A stretch of 64,000 nt of DNA from Paraphysomonas bandaiensis (lineage: Eukaryota > Protista > Chrysophyceae), in the NCBI GenBank assembly GCA_965644295.1, contig CBFFRP010000297.1, positions 248,001 through 312,000 of the forward strand, written 5' to 3'. This document shows positions 34,905 through 46,176 of the stretch, in pieces (within the stretch, counting starts at the first letter, position 1; every line of letters begins with the position of its first letter). The notes below the pieces were generated by a model, which searched no databases, was not told the origin of the DNA, and saw nothing but the letters and a program-made list of their open reading frames with translations. A program made the position numbers and the translations under genes.

Positions 34905-37900
34905 CTAGTACGAATCCCCACTCCAAACAAATTTATTGAAAGCACCATAAATGTTTTTTGGGGTCTTCTCCACATATGCGAAACATTTTCTCTGTTCTTG
35001 TTGTTGCAGATCTTCTATTTCAGAGGGCACGTAATGATTTAACAGTGTAGAGGAGGAAAAACTGCACTGATTTTCACCTGAACTATTCAATGATATTTCA
35101 CTGTACACAGTATCCGACAATACCGTATCACTTTCAAAGGATTCGGCTTCAAGCATTTGTGTATTCTTTTCGGAACGTACACCACTGTTACCATATTTTC
35201 TATTTCCACACTCAAAACGAGAGGATGATTTCAACGAAGCGCTGTAATCATCATATTGATTTTGTCTTCTCTGGTTCGACTCAATATCGCGTGCTTTTCC
35301 TGAAAATTCTATTTGCTTGTTCATATTAAGCCACATCACATCAACGTGACGCTCACTCCTGTTCGTTTCCATTTTCTTTCGGGGCCCCTCTCTTTCACCA
35401 GGATGCTTGAAAGTAATATTGGGGCAACATTCACCAGACACCAGCTTTTGAGGAATCAAATACTGTAACCCGCTGGAAAAAATGCGCTTGCGATAAGCCC
35501 ATCCCAGCCCCATTACAATTACAATATATGGAAGGAACATGACGACAGGTGATACCTCATACATGTATGCATTAGCTATAACAAAACATGACCACAACGT
35601 CGGGATCAGAACATCCAGAACACTCTCTTGCACTGTTTCGTGGCTCAGTGCCAGGGCTGTAGGAATCGCAAGGACAGCTACCGTGAGCCAGTGTAGTTGT
35701 GTCCCACGTGTATCCCTGCAACGTGACACATCAAAATCATTTATCCGATGAAGAAGTTGAGATGCAGGAAGGGATATCAAAGTGCGGTGTCGAGCGGCTC
35801 GACAGCTGGCGGACATATGCTGCACAACTCTAACATCATTTAAACTAGGATCGTCATGACTATATCGAGTCGTTTTATCCTCCAGGATGTCATTTAGAAC
35901 TGCATAAATAGTCTTCAACTGTGGACGCATAGCTTCGATGACAACGACATGTACGACCAAAATCTGCAGAGTCTGATTGATAAATATGTCTTGCAACAAA
36001 ACGAATACCATGTCATATCCCCATCCCAACATGGTCACCCCGCTATTTACAACAGCCCACTGGAATATCCAATAAACTAAAAATATCCAAATCGACACCA
36101 TCAATATCCAAGCCGCAAACCACTCTGATATTCTGATTTCATCCGGTTCCGCGTTGTCAAACACGAAAAATTGTTGCTTCAATGCGTACCTTCGAAACGG
36201 ACTGAGTTGTTCTAATATAAAATGCTGAATGAGGGTTGTATTACGACAGTCATCCATGCCATCCACAAAGGAATTAATCTCATCAACAATCTGGTTCGCC
36301 TGTCTACGCACTTTATTTATTTTCCACTCTACTCGCCTACGGGATGTACCAAATAGCAGACGTTGTCTACATGTCAGCGGAACTGGATTTCCGTCATGAT
36401 AAAGACCCAGGTAATCCATAATTGCCGCTATGTTTGCTGCCTCCCATTTGTCAGCTTCATTGTACTTGCTATGTTTCCACGGAAGAGGGCGAACCATTAA
36501 ATTCCGACATAAATACTTGTGTACCGCAGTCAACAATACATTAGTCTCCTCTCGCACGGAAATAAAATCGTAGTACACATATAAGTCGACCAATTTAGCT
36601 AAATCTTTGCTATACACAAACAATGTAGCATCGTCTGAAAAAAGCTTATGGGCATCATCGAAAGCTACATCACTTCGACCTCTTCCGCTTGAATCACTCT
36701 TATTATCAGGAGACGATGAAGTCCACGACAATAATAATTTGTCAGATCCATCAGTGGAGAATATAGGCTTCATGGCACATTTCTGCTCTAAAACATACTG
36801 ACAAAACACCTGAGGAATTATAGAAAAAGTAGTAATTAGGATGGCAACAACAGCGTAAAATTGAATTGTTGTTGGTGGGGGCCTGACAGCACATGTACCA
36901 CTATCGTCTTCCCAAGTACATAAGTTTTCGTCACTTTGAAACCGAGATGGCTCTTTTAGACACTCCTGGCTGCTGGTGTTCGAAAGTTCAGTGCACATAC
37001 CCTCAGGAGGAAATAATATACCGTAAAATAGTGAGTCAGCGAAAAGCAATATCAACACATTGGTAAAGACTACAAGAAATCGCATTGTTCTAGAAAGTCT
37101 CAATGATGCATAAGTAAACATGCGCACATAGTCGTGTTCTCTCAGGATTGCCTTCACAAATCGAATCCAACCACTTTTCTGATGCAGTAGGCTAGTTGGT
37201 GGCAATGCCTGGTCAAAAAAAGTTGCAATCTTATGCCCGACACATCCAATCCCACGCATGTTGAAATCATATTGTTTATCATCCTTAGCAGCAGTAGATG
37301 AATAAGGTTCACCAAATAAGGTTTTATTTTCTACACCAAACTTTACGCTTAAAATATCTTTCTCGATTGAGTCGTTGGATTCTGTCAACGCAGCGCTGCG
37401 GGATAAATGAATCGCAGTGCACAAGTCCCGTTGACAATTAGTTGCTGTTGTTGATAGTTCCTGAAGATTAAGCATTGCACCACGTTCTTTTTCAAGAACA
37501 AACCCCTTCTCAACAAATGCCTTTCGCAAGTTAAATACGTTTTTCATAGGATGTTTATACTTCTTATCGCGAGTGTATCGCATGACGTAGCGCAGGTAGT
37601 TGCAATCGAATTCGTCCCAACGACCGAATATAATAATCCCCACAATAGAGACGAGCATCAGTGCACTCAACATAGATAACAGCGGTGTTGCAGCATAAAG
37701 ATCACGAGAATTCAAAGGATTATTCGAAAGTGTGTTTTCTAGTTCGACCCCAATATTCAGAAATAGAGCCCCATACTCAAGCAAGCTACTGTCATCGCTA
37801 CCGTCATCTGCTTCCCCAGCATAATCGAAATCTAAACGACGTCGCTTTGATGCGAGGAGTGCGTAATGAGGGTGTCGGCTGTCACTGAAGTGGAGAATTT

Positions 37901-40900
37901 TAGTCCTTCGTTCATCAGAACTTTCACGTTGAGGGCACATATCAACCAAATTATAGCACTCAAACGTCGCATTAAAAGGTGTGTAGGAGGTCAGATTGCA
38001 AGGACATTGATCTATCACACCATTGCGATTAGTCACACATTGCGGAATGGACTCATTCCAGTTTAGTGGCGTGGAGAACTGTATGACTATACTATATGGT
38101 TCGCTATTACTTGGCACTACTTCGTATCCAGATATATCTCTGGAGGATACCATGCGGGAAAATCTCAGTAATCGCGAAGATACTTCTGCTGACGAAGAAT
38201 TGGCGGTAGAATTACTATCCACCCAAATTGGATTACTTCCCCATTGCATCACAGAGTACCTTACATAGCCATTGTTAGAGAAGGAATCAGTACATAGCTT
38301 CAGTCCGGACGGCGGTAATAGAATGCTCGGTGCGGGTGCATCGAACTGTACCTCAGCAGCAGTCCGGGGAGGACTCAATATAGCTCCATCAAGAGTGTCA
38401 ATAGGGTCATAATGAACAGATAATCTTACTCCGCTAGTCACAACCTCAAGATTAGACTCTCCTGCCACCATATCACTGTTGATGCTATTGGTCAGCGTGG
38501 AGGTCGCTCGATAAAGGTAATATTCGATTGTAGAGGTAATGTTACTCGTATTTCCATTAGTGCTGTTGGAAACTTTGATGAAAGAGAGCATTTGGGACAA
38601 CGAGCTGATAATACGTGCAAACTGCGCTTGCGGAGAGTACATCACACTTCCTCCTAATAGGTCTTCGTTTCGCATGTACCCTGATTCTGTACTCTCAATT
38701 ATCACATCTATGACTCTGAGGCATGTATCTATCCCGTTGCCGGCTAACTCCGGGACAAAGAATACGCTCATCAGTGAGGACGTTAGTGCTTCGACCAATT
38801 CCCACGACTGGTCTTCAGTATCACCAAACTTACGTAGTGACCTACACATTAGCTCCCTCGCCTTTGTGCGATTGTCATACAATTTCTTATCAAGCGTGCA
38901 AGATGTACCATAATATCCATTGTCGCACATACATCGGCTGGAACAGTATACATTTCCTGTTGAACAATTGGACAACTCTTGTCCACTGATATCACTGTAA
39001 TACGCACATGAGCCATGTCCTGAGCACGTCATTCCTGGGATAGCAGTCGGACATTCTTTCAAGTCATACTGACAGATACCATTATTGCAAAAACCATATG
39101 TACAACTGTCATTAGTTTCACATGCGTCTCCAATATCCAAAATGTCACTAGACATACTCACACATAGAGAATTTGAGTCACCTGGAATCCCTGTAAAACC
39201 GTCATGGCAAGAACCACATGTGTGGGCGGTATCGCGACAATTCTCTCGATTCAATGTGGAACAATTAGGTGCATTAAAACAATCACTAAGCTGCAGTCGC
39301 ATGGACACGCCGTTGACAATCTGTAATATCGTATTCAAATGTGATAAAGCAACTGCGGCAGTCAATTCCGATTCAAGTGTAGATACAGACAACGTTGTTT
39401 GCAGAGCGCTCCTTACACTCACAATATTTTGAGCTGATGCATAGGCACCATAAAAATCTGACACAACAACAACGCACCAAACTGTCTCATGCATGCCAGA
39501 TGGAAGCAAAGACTGTAAATACGATCTATGATTCGGTAGTCCGAGTGCAAGGGGAGAGGAGGTTGCATTCAACGGAAGGTATGAATACTTAAAAGTATAG
39601 GTTAGGGGGTAGTCGCTTGCATCATCAACCCAGTACAGTGCCCTCAATGTGTACAGCGTTTCAAATGCATCACCAATTGATGGGTTAACCGACAGCAATC
39701 CTGACGTAGGAGGACCATTCGCAACTAGTGTAACTTCAGAAAACGTAGTAGTAGCAACGCCTTGCCGTGCGCGATCAATTACGGTGCACTGTAGTCTAAA
39801 CGTGTATATTGTGCCCGCGGTAAACACAAAAGGTTTTGCACTTAAAGGGTAGCTGAGTGATGAATTGCCAAAGTACGTTATTTGACTGGGCGTGGACAAC
39901 ATATTCTCAAACTCAATTTCATTTCTTGCGCTATCGAAGAGCCGCCAAGATATGTTCACGACCCCATCACTTTTAAAGAATTTGTGTGGGCTGATGAGAC
40001 CAGGAATTCGCAGAATTCGGTCTCTATTGAATTTTCTGAATGACGACAATATTGACAGAGTAGGTGCAGACGGTGCTGTAAAGTTTCCAACCGCAATATC
40101 AACGCTAGAAGACACATACTCACCCGATGATGAAAATGCGGACACAGTAAATCTATACACCGCTTCCATCCTCATTAAATCAGTTCGAAGTTTCATTAAG
40201 ACATTTGCTGGAACATCTACAAGGCTATTTGAATCAAATAGATATAAGCATTCATCGTTATAGTTAAATGGATACTGCGGGCGACTCTTCAAAACCAGAC
40301 AGCTCCATGAAACGGAAGGAATAGATGTTCGAAGCGTGTTGTCTGGGGAAATGTCTTCGACAACAGAATCAGACGCATCCAGTGTTATCTCTGAACTAGG
40401 TGCAACCATAGAAAAACTAGCACCACGTATTGACAAATACACAGAGCTTGATTCCACCACAACTGCTAAAATAGCACTGCCTGAAGCACCATTTTCAAGT
40501 GAAACTGTGGCAATAATCCTATACGATTGTCCGGGCTCAAAACTGTAAGGTGGTAGTCGCATCACTGTCGGGTTTGTGCTAGAAGAAACTAAGTTGGGTT
40601 GATATACAATGCCTTTAAACACTTTCCAGCTGTACGTCGACATGTTAGCAGAGATACAACCTGGGGGTGTATACGTAACGGTGGCACGAAATTCATCGAA
40701 CGATTTTAACAACCGGAAAGAAGATCCATCAAAACTTATCGACAACTCCGCTCCTGTAAGGCGTGAGTCCACCTGAACGGAAGAAAATGACACACCGGTA
40801 GTGCCATTCTGAAGAAAGTTTCCCAGCTGCAGTGAAAACGAGTACAATTCGTTTCCCAACATATTATAGGGAATTACCACAGATAAATTACGCCAAGTAC

Positions 40901-43900
40901 GAAGTAGGGATTGAATGTTATCAACATTGTCACTTCTGTTGGTTGCTGAGACAGACCAAACAACAGACTCCCAAGGACGGCCACCATCACCATACGAGCT
41001 TGATGCATCCAAGCGAAGATCGGTACCACACTCTCCACCCGGTTTGTTCATGCTAATAAACACAGAGGGTTTGAGTGGACTGGCAGGTCCTGTAGCATAC
41101 AACGACTGCTCTCGTGCGGCTGCATTCCGAATACAATATTTTGACGCACGATCAACCGGACACACTGCACGCACAATGCCTGCTCGAAGTGTAACTAAAT
41201 CTCCCGGAACTAAGAGATCGACAACCTCGTTACGAAATTCGTCATTGCATAAATCATTTCCGCAAAACTGGATATCCAGACAGGCTGAATTGACCCACGA
41301 ACATGACGACTTGGTGTCTCCATTAAATGAAAAGATCAAAGAACAGACCCACGGATTGCCAAAATCGTAAAGGAGTGCGTGCTGTCCATAGTCCGTGCCA
41401 GAAGTAAAACACACACGAGCTGTACCTCCGCTGTTTGAAAATCTAGCACTTTTTAGTGAGGGGGCCGGTAAGGTGCTCTCAAAATGTGTTAACTGAAAAG
41501 GAACATTATACGGAGCACTGTACTTTTCCTTATCCATTCCAGATATATTCAAACCAACAGAAAAATTACGCCCCATGCCTGATGCATCAACTAGAAAAGA
41601 TCTCGTTCTCCCCAATCTCTTATTATCGACTGAAAATGTATGCCTTGCTGGGATTGCAACCACATCGTCTGTAGAATTACCATATTCATCGAAGAATATA
41701 GGTCGAACCGTCAGCACTTCAGCGGGTAAAGTGGGGATCTCATATATGAATACTGATTCGTAAGGCTCATCTGTGTCAACTGTAAGTGGAGCCGCAGTGA
41801 ACACCAACTCTCTGCAGCATAATGTAGAAACAGACACCATCGAAGCCACCATGCTATCTGCATTCATCTCATTTCCAAGAGAGTCAACTGTATGGCAGAA
41901 TATGTCGTAAGCTGTCGACGCAACAACATCAAGGAGCTCCACACCGACAACCACAAAGCCACTCCCACGTGGAATAGTCGCAGATGTCCCACTTGACTTG
42001 AGTAATGCCCGGGTGGGTTTATTAGCGTTGCTCTCGCTGAAGGCTTTGCAGTATATACTTCCCCCAACATGTGATGTCGTTACATTCGCTGTAACACTTA
42101 TTGTAACCCTTCCAGGTAATGATGTGATTAAATTAAGAACAGGGACTGTTTCCTTCACAAGCTCGCGGGATGAAATAAGCAGAGCAACAGCATGTTTCGA
42201 TAAAGGTAAATCATTTGAATCTGGAGCACACACACTAGATAGCGGAATACTTACCATCCCATCTTCCAGTGGGGCACAAATCGTAGAACCGCTGCTGGAC
42301 GTGCATCCACTACAAAACTGATACGGACTAGCGCTATAGGCTGTGCCATCACAAATACCAGCAAAACCAGCACTGGTAGAGGATATTGAACTGATTATTG
42401 CATTAGAAATTTGCGAAACTTCACATGAGTGAGTGTACTGTCTCACCATCGAAGAACCGTACTGTAAAAATGAAACCCACACAAACAGACGAAAGTTATC
42501 GACGTCAAAGGGGGTCCGCAAATAGTTGTCAACAAACAAACCCCATTCGCTCTCAACTCTTGGAATGTCGTCCGCTGTATTAATATAATATGCGAAGCTA
42601 ATCTTCTCCGTGTTACTCTCGTTACTCCACAAATCTGGCACACTATCCAGCAGCTTCGAACTATCAAATGCCTTGAAGAATGCTAGCGTATCACTTCGGG
42701 TAGGGAACGCGGAGGGCAAAACCGTAGGCAGTGTAGAGGGGCAAGTCGAAGGGTACCAGGTGGGGAAAGATGATGGGTTTGAGGTTGGAGAAGTGCTTGG
42801 ATAATCTGTAGGAAATGATGAGGGTGTTCGTGTAGGGCACGAACTTGGGCAAAATGAAGGCATCGCGGAGGGTTCAGATGTAGGTTCAGCGGACGGAGGT
42901 AAGCTAGGCAGTTCTGTTGGAGGGAAAGTGGGGAGTGGTGTCGGCAAAAAAGAAGGAATGAACGTAGGTTCAGAACTCGGTGTGTATGATGGGCTATCGG
43001 TGGGTATGGCGGATGGAGATGGAGTCGGGGGAATGGAAGGAGTTTGGGAGGGAGGAACAGATGGAGAGCCCGAGAGGGTGGATACAATGTTTACGCCACA
43101 CTCCACACGCTCTGATGAGTCAATATATGCCTCACCTGCAACGAAAACAAATGCATACTCCGCTGTGTGTGATATCTCTTCGTCTGCACATTGATCTTCT
43201 TGTGCATACAAAGCAACACCATATGGGGACGTCCCAAAGACTCCAAGACTGGTAAAGTCTCCTATACCAAAAGAACTAATTGTGCCGAACACTCCTGGAA
43301 AAGTACCATACTCTACTCCATAAGTATAAAATAGCAAGTCACTTGTAACTGCAGGAATTTTTTCAGTTTCAAACGAGATCCCACATGTACAGTGAAGGGC
43401 ACGACCGGTAGGAAATGCTAGCACCGCCATTACCTCTGGCTCTGTCATCACCAGGTAAGCCTCGTTCATGGAATCATGCGACTGTAGAAGAAATTTCGCG
43501 AAAAAAAGGTTAGCAACAACGAGTCGCGGCACAACAAGACGTTCATACACTACGGTTTGCAACTGCGAGATAACACCAACCACAGTGTCGGAGGAATATC
43601 TGCAGGCCGTGTCTGGAGAATCACAGCCTGGGGCATAGAGATACTTGACGATGCTAGCTGATGGTTCCGCATAATCTCGAGATATATTCCCGCTATTCAC
43701 CAGAAACATGGAACCTGAAACATTGTACGCCCCTTGTTCGGCTACTAACCAGGCAACTTGGACAGGACTGGGCAGAGCAGAAGGAATGTACCAGTTCTTT
43801 GAGCAGAAGGAATCATTTGCTTGGAAGAGCTTCGCTTCAAATTTTGCGTTTCCATTCGTTACGCGATTTCTTATTCGAGCCATGAATGTGACATTTCCAT

Positions 43901-44132
43901 GATTAGAAACATCAGGAAGAGATACAAATATGACAGCACTCCTGTAGTCATCTTTCAGTGACGTTATTGATACCCAACTTCGGTCATTTAAGTATACGTA
44001 TCCAAAATCCAACCATCCATTGTACACTGGGCTATCTGAGACTAAATCTATAACACTAGAGTAGCCAGAAGCGATCAAAATGCTTATAAATATAATACAA
44101 GTAAAGATAAAGGACTTAATTAACCATATCAT
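34905..44132 (-). CDS. Polycystin-1/REJ-like multi-pass membrane protein, 3075 aa, single exon
   Basis: Signal peptide; PT/PS-repeat stalk; REJ-like motifs (LRLDASSSY, ITLDASDS, NGPPTSGLLSVNP..WVDDASDYPLTYTF); EGF-like Cys repeats; GPS-like Cys segment; several C-terminal TM helices. Confidence 0.85.
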   Translation of the reverse strand: MIWLIKSFIFTCIIFISILIASGYSSVIDLVSDSPVYNGWLDFGYVYLNDRSWVSITSLKDDYRSAVIFVSLPDVSNHGNVTFMARIRNRVTNGNAKFEAKLFQANDSFCSKNWYIPSALPSPVQVAWLVAEQGAYNVSGSMFLVNSGNISRDYAEPSASIVKYLYAPGCDSPDTACRYSSDTVVGVISQLQTVVYERLVVPRLVVANLFFAKFLLQSHDSMNEAYLVMTEPEVMAVLAFPTGRALHCTCGISFETEKIPAVTSDLLFYTYGVEYGTFPGVFGTISSFGIGDFTSLGVFGTSPYGVALYAQEDQCADEEISHTAEYAFVFVAGEAYIDSSERVECGVNIVSTLSGSPSVPPSQTPSIPPTPSPSAIPTDSPSYTPSSEPTFIPSFLPTPLPTFPPTELPSLPPSAEPTSEPSAMPSFCPSSCPTRTPSSFPTDYPSTSPTSNPSSFPTWYPSTCPSTLPTVLPSAFPTRSDTLAFFKAFDSSKLLDSVPDLWSNESNTEKISFAYYINTADDIPRVESEWGLFVDNYLRTPFDVDNFRLFVWVSFLQYGSSMVRQYTHSCEVSQISNAIISSISSTSAGFAGICDGTAYSASPYQFCSGCTSSSGSTICAPLEDGMVSIPLSSVCAPDSNDLPLSKHAVALLISSRELVKETVPVLNLITSLPGRVTISVTANVTTSHVGGSIYCKAFSESNANKPTRALLKSSGTSATIPRGSGFVVVGVELLDVVASTAYDIFCHTVDSLGNEMNADSMVASMVSVSTLCCRELVFTAAPLTVDTDEPYESVFIYEIPTLPAEVLTVRPIFFDEYGNSTDDVVAIPARHTFSVDNKRLGRTRSFLVDASGMGRNFSVGLNISGMDKEKYSAPYNVPFQLTHFESTLPAPSLKSARFSNSGGTARVCFTSGTDYGQHALLYDFGNPWVCSLIFSFNGDTKSSCSWVNSACLDIQFCGNDLCNDEFRNEVVDLLVPGDLVTLRAGIVRAVCPVDRASKYCIRNAAAREQSLYATGPASPLKPSVFISMNKPGGECGTDLRLDASSSYGDGGRPWESVVWSVSATNRSDNVDNIQSLLRTWRNLSVVIPYNMLGNELYSFSLQLGNFLQNGTTGVSFSSVQVDSRLTGAELSISFDGSSFRLLKSFDEFRATVTYTPPGCISANMSTYSWKVFKGIVYQPNLVSSSTNPTVMRLPPYSFEPGQSYRIIATVSLENGASGSAILAVVVESSSVYLSIRGASFSMVAPSSEITLDASDSVVEDISPDNTLRTSIPSVSWSCLVLKSRPQYPFNYNDECLYLFDSNSLVDVPANVLMKLRTDLMRMEAVYRFTVSAFSSSGEYVSSSVDIAVGNFTAPSAPTLSILSSFRKFNRDRILRIPGLISPHKFFKSDGVVNISWRLFDSARNEIEFENMLSTPSQITYFGNSSLSYPLSAKPFVFTAGTIYTFRLQCTVIDRARQGVATTTFSEVTLVANGPPTSGLLSVNPSIGDAFETLYTLRALYWVDDASDYPLTYTFKYSYLPLNATSSPLALGLPNHRSYLQSLLPSGMHETVWCVVVVSDFYGAYASAQNIVSVRSALQTTLSVSTLESELTAAVALSHLNTILQIVNGVSMRLQLSDCFNAPNCSTLNRENCRDTAHTCGSCHDGFTGIPGDSNSLCVSMSSDILDIGDACETNDSCTYGFCNNGICQYDLKECPTAIPGMTCSGHGSCAYYSDISGQELSNCSTGNVYCSSRCMCDNGYYGTSCTLDKKLYDNRTKARELMCRSLRKFGDTEDQSWELVEALTSSLMSVFFVPELAGNGIDTCLRVIDVIIESTESGYMRNEDLLGGSVMYSPQAQFARIISSLSQMLSFIKVSNSTNGNTSNITSTIEYYLYRATSTLTNSINSDMVAGESNLEVVTSGVRLSVHYDPIDTLDGAILSPPRTAAEVQFDAPAPSILLPPSGLKLCTDSFSNNGYVRYSVMQWGSNPIWVDSNSTANSSSAEVSSRLLRFSRMVSSRDISGYEVVPSNSEPYSIVIQFSTPLNWNESIPQCVTNRNGVIDQCPCNLTSYTPFNATFECYNLVDMCPQRESSDERRTKILHFSDSRHPHYALLASKRRRLDFDYAGEADDGSDDSSLLEYGALFLNIGVELENTLSNNPLNSRDLYAATPLLSMLSALMLVSIVGIIIFGRWDEFDCNYLRYVMRYTRDKKYKHPMKNVFNLRKAFVEKGFVLEKERGAMLNLQELSTTATNCQRDLCTAIHLSRSAALTESNDSIEKDILSVKFGVENKTLFGEPYSSTAAKDDKQYDFNMRGIGCVGHKIATFFDQALPPTSLLHQKSGWIRFVKAILREHDYVRMFTYASLRLSRTMRFLVVFTNVLILLFADSLFYGILFPPEGMCTELSNTSSQECLKEPSRFQSDENLCTWEDDSGTCAVRPPPTTIQFYAVVAILITTFSIIPQVFCQYVLEQKCAMKPIFSTDGSDKLLLSWTSSSPDNKSDSSGRGRSDVAFDDAHKLFSDDATLFVYSKDLAKLVDLYVYYDFISVREETNVLLTAVHKYLCRNLMVRPLPWKHSKYNEADKWEAANIAAIMDYLGLYHDGNPVPLTCRQRLLFGTSRRRVEWKINKVRRQANQIVDEINSFVDGMDDCRNTTLIQHFILEQLSPFRRYALKQQFFVFDNAEPDEIRISEWFAAWILMVSIWIFLVYWIFQWAVVNSGVTMLGWGYDMVFVLLQDIFINQTLQILVVHVVVIEAMRPQLKTIYAVLNDILEDKTTRYSHDDPSLNDVRVVQHMSASCRAARHRTLISLPASQLLHRINDFDVSRCRDTRGTQLHWLTVAVLAIPTALALSHETVQESVLDVLIPTLWSCFVIANAYMYEVSPVVMFLPYIVIVMGLGWAYRKRIFSSGLQYLIPQKLVSGECCPNITFKHPGEREGPRKKMETNRSERHVDVMWLNMNKQIEFSGKARDIESNQRRQNQYDDYSASLKSSSRFECGNRKYGNSGVRSEKNTQMLEAESFESDTVLSDTVYSEISLNSSGENQCSFSSSTLLNHYVPSEIEDLQQQEQRKCFAYVEKTPKNIYGAFNKFVWSGDSY

Positions 44133-44786
44133 GGTTTGTTTTAAACAGACATGTCCTCAGTGCAGACCGAATAGAATACGATATGACTTGTCGCTACTAT
44201 CATATTAATCGTCACATATATTGCGGTTAAGTAAGTTGTATTCGTTTGCGAGTGATAGATACCGTATATGGAGTATGCATTCTTCAATTAACTTCGCCCT
44301 TCCTACGCACGTGTCCCTTGCATACGTTAACTGTATGTCTCGAATGTCGTAGAACAGATGGAGGATAAGACCGTGATATCTACAGCACACTACATATATA
44401 CCGACCACATGGAATATGCCTGGTCGACTTTATCCACAAGTCGAAAACCCCAATTTTTTCAACTTGCAACTCTTCCAATATCTGGATATCTACAGTACAG
44501 TGGGAAATCCTGGAATAAGCACAATACGTTGTAGTGTAAGTAGGCTAGGGTTCCCCCTCTGTCCTTCAAACAAAAACTGATGCACAACACTGCTTGTATG
44601 TACTTATATGGTAGGAATTCCTATACTTGTAATGCCAGGTGAATAGCAGGAGGCATAGGACAGAAGTGCTTTCAAACACATACGCTTGTTGTCATTTTCT
44701 TTTTCTTTTATGTGAATCTGTATTAATTGAATACTATAATTATACAGGAAGTATCTTATAATTACTGCAGCGAATCCCTCTGTGAG

Positions 44787-45816
44787 ATGACAACAAATGA
44801 GCCCTTTGATATGGAGCATCGTTCTCGATACCAACTTCGCCGTTCTAGTCGTCTTCCTGTAAGCAAACAATTTGTACCATGCAATCTACCTCCTCCCCCG
44901 TTTCCTGATAATATTTCTGCTGCTATCGATGATCCAGAGTTGGTTCCGCCACCCCCACCTCTGTCTCCCCCTCCGTCTCCGCCACCACCACCTCCGCCAA
45001 ATACTACTCCACCTACCTCTCCACAGCCTGTGAAGCTTCGAATGAAGGTTCCTGATAGAGGGAATGTCAAGCATTTCATAGCTCAGAGACATGTCAATCA
45101 AGGCGTACGGACTCTCATACCACCACCGCCCACTCTTCAGCCCGCACCTCCCCCCGACGTTCTTTCTTCCCAGCCACTGAATTGTCCGCTTTCCCAGTCC
45201 CTACCCCCTCCAAACTTGTCCCCCCTACAACATGAGGCTCCACCCAGTGTGCCTCCTCCAAAACCTGAGGTTCCCCCTCCTCCACAACCAGAGGCCCCAC
45301 CCACTGTGCCTCCTCCCCCTAAATCTCAGGTTCCACTTAGTGTGCCCCCTCCCCCACAGCCAGAGGCTCCACCGAGTGTACCTCCGCCCCCCCCACGTCC
45401 CTTGCAGAATAGTGACCTCAGTCATCGCGGTTCGAAGAACATATGCGGTATTCCCCCTGCGCCCCCTTTGCCCCCTGCAGAAGAGCATTTAGTTCCTCCT
45501 CCACCTCCGCGACCACTTCCCCCTCCTCCACGCCATGACACAACTGAGCAGTCACTAGATGCTAAGTCTTCGGGGAACGCTGGAATATTCTCCGCTATAA
45601 CCGGAGGAGTACAGCTCAGGCACGTATCCCCGCCTAGAGATAAGTCTGATTCAACGATAAAGAAGATACAGAAGACAGTAGAAGGTGGGGGTCAAGGTAG
45701 GTCCAAGCTTGTTTTCTAGTTTCTCGTGACACAAGTATGCAGGCGTGGGACCAATGGCGGAAATAATGGCCCGGAGGCGGCAGATGGGCATTCATGCCGA
45801 CAGCATGGAATATTGA
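44787..45816 (+). CDS. Proline-rich WH2-domain actin regulator (WASP/verprolin-like), at least 2 exons
   Basis: Polyproline tracts; WH2-like NAGIFSAITGGVQLRHV. Intron 45697-45742 adds GVGPMAEIMARRRQMGIHADSMEY. The true start may be further upstream. Confidence 0.75.
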
Positions 45817-46176
45817 ATGTAATTCTCTCTAAACCTTCAGTTATGTATAGTCCCGATGGAATTATTTTAACAGTGCTTATGAGGCCGCGTTATTACCGGG
45901 TGTGTAGGATTTATGTATACCACTGGGAGTTATCTTCATCAGCTTGTATCTCAAAATGATTAGTAACGAAAATGCAGTGACTACTCGTTGTGGACAAGGC
46001 AGTATCTATTACATACGACTACCATCTCTATGAAGACCAATTGTAATTAATTAAAATAACGTAACCTATTGAAACTAGCGATATGGTTATTCCAGCAGAT
46101 TGACTTGTGTGTATAATTACGCCTTCACCGCATACACTACTTCGAAAAAAGACACGGAAAATACAAACACATATTA

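Noticed and set aside
35090-43902. Many short plus-strand ORFs
   Set aside because: They are antisense to the 3075-aa gene and show no independent protein features.
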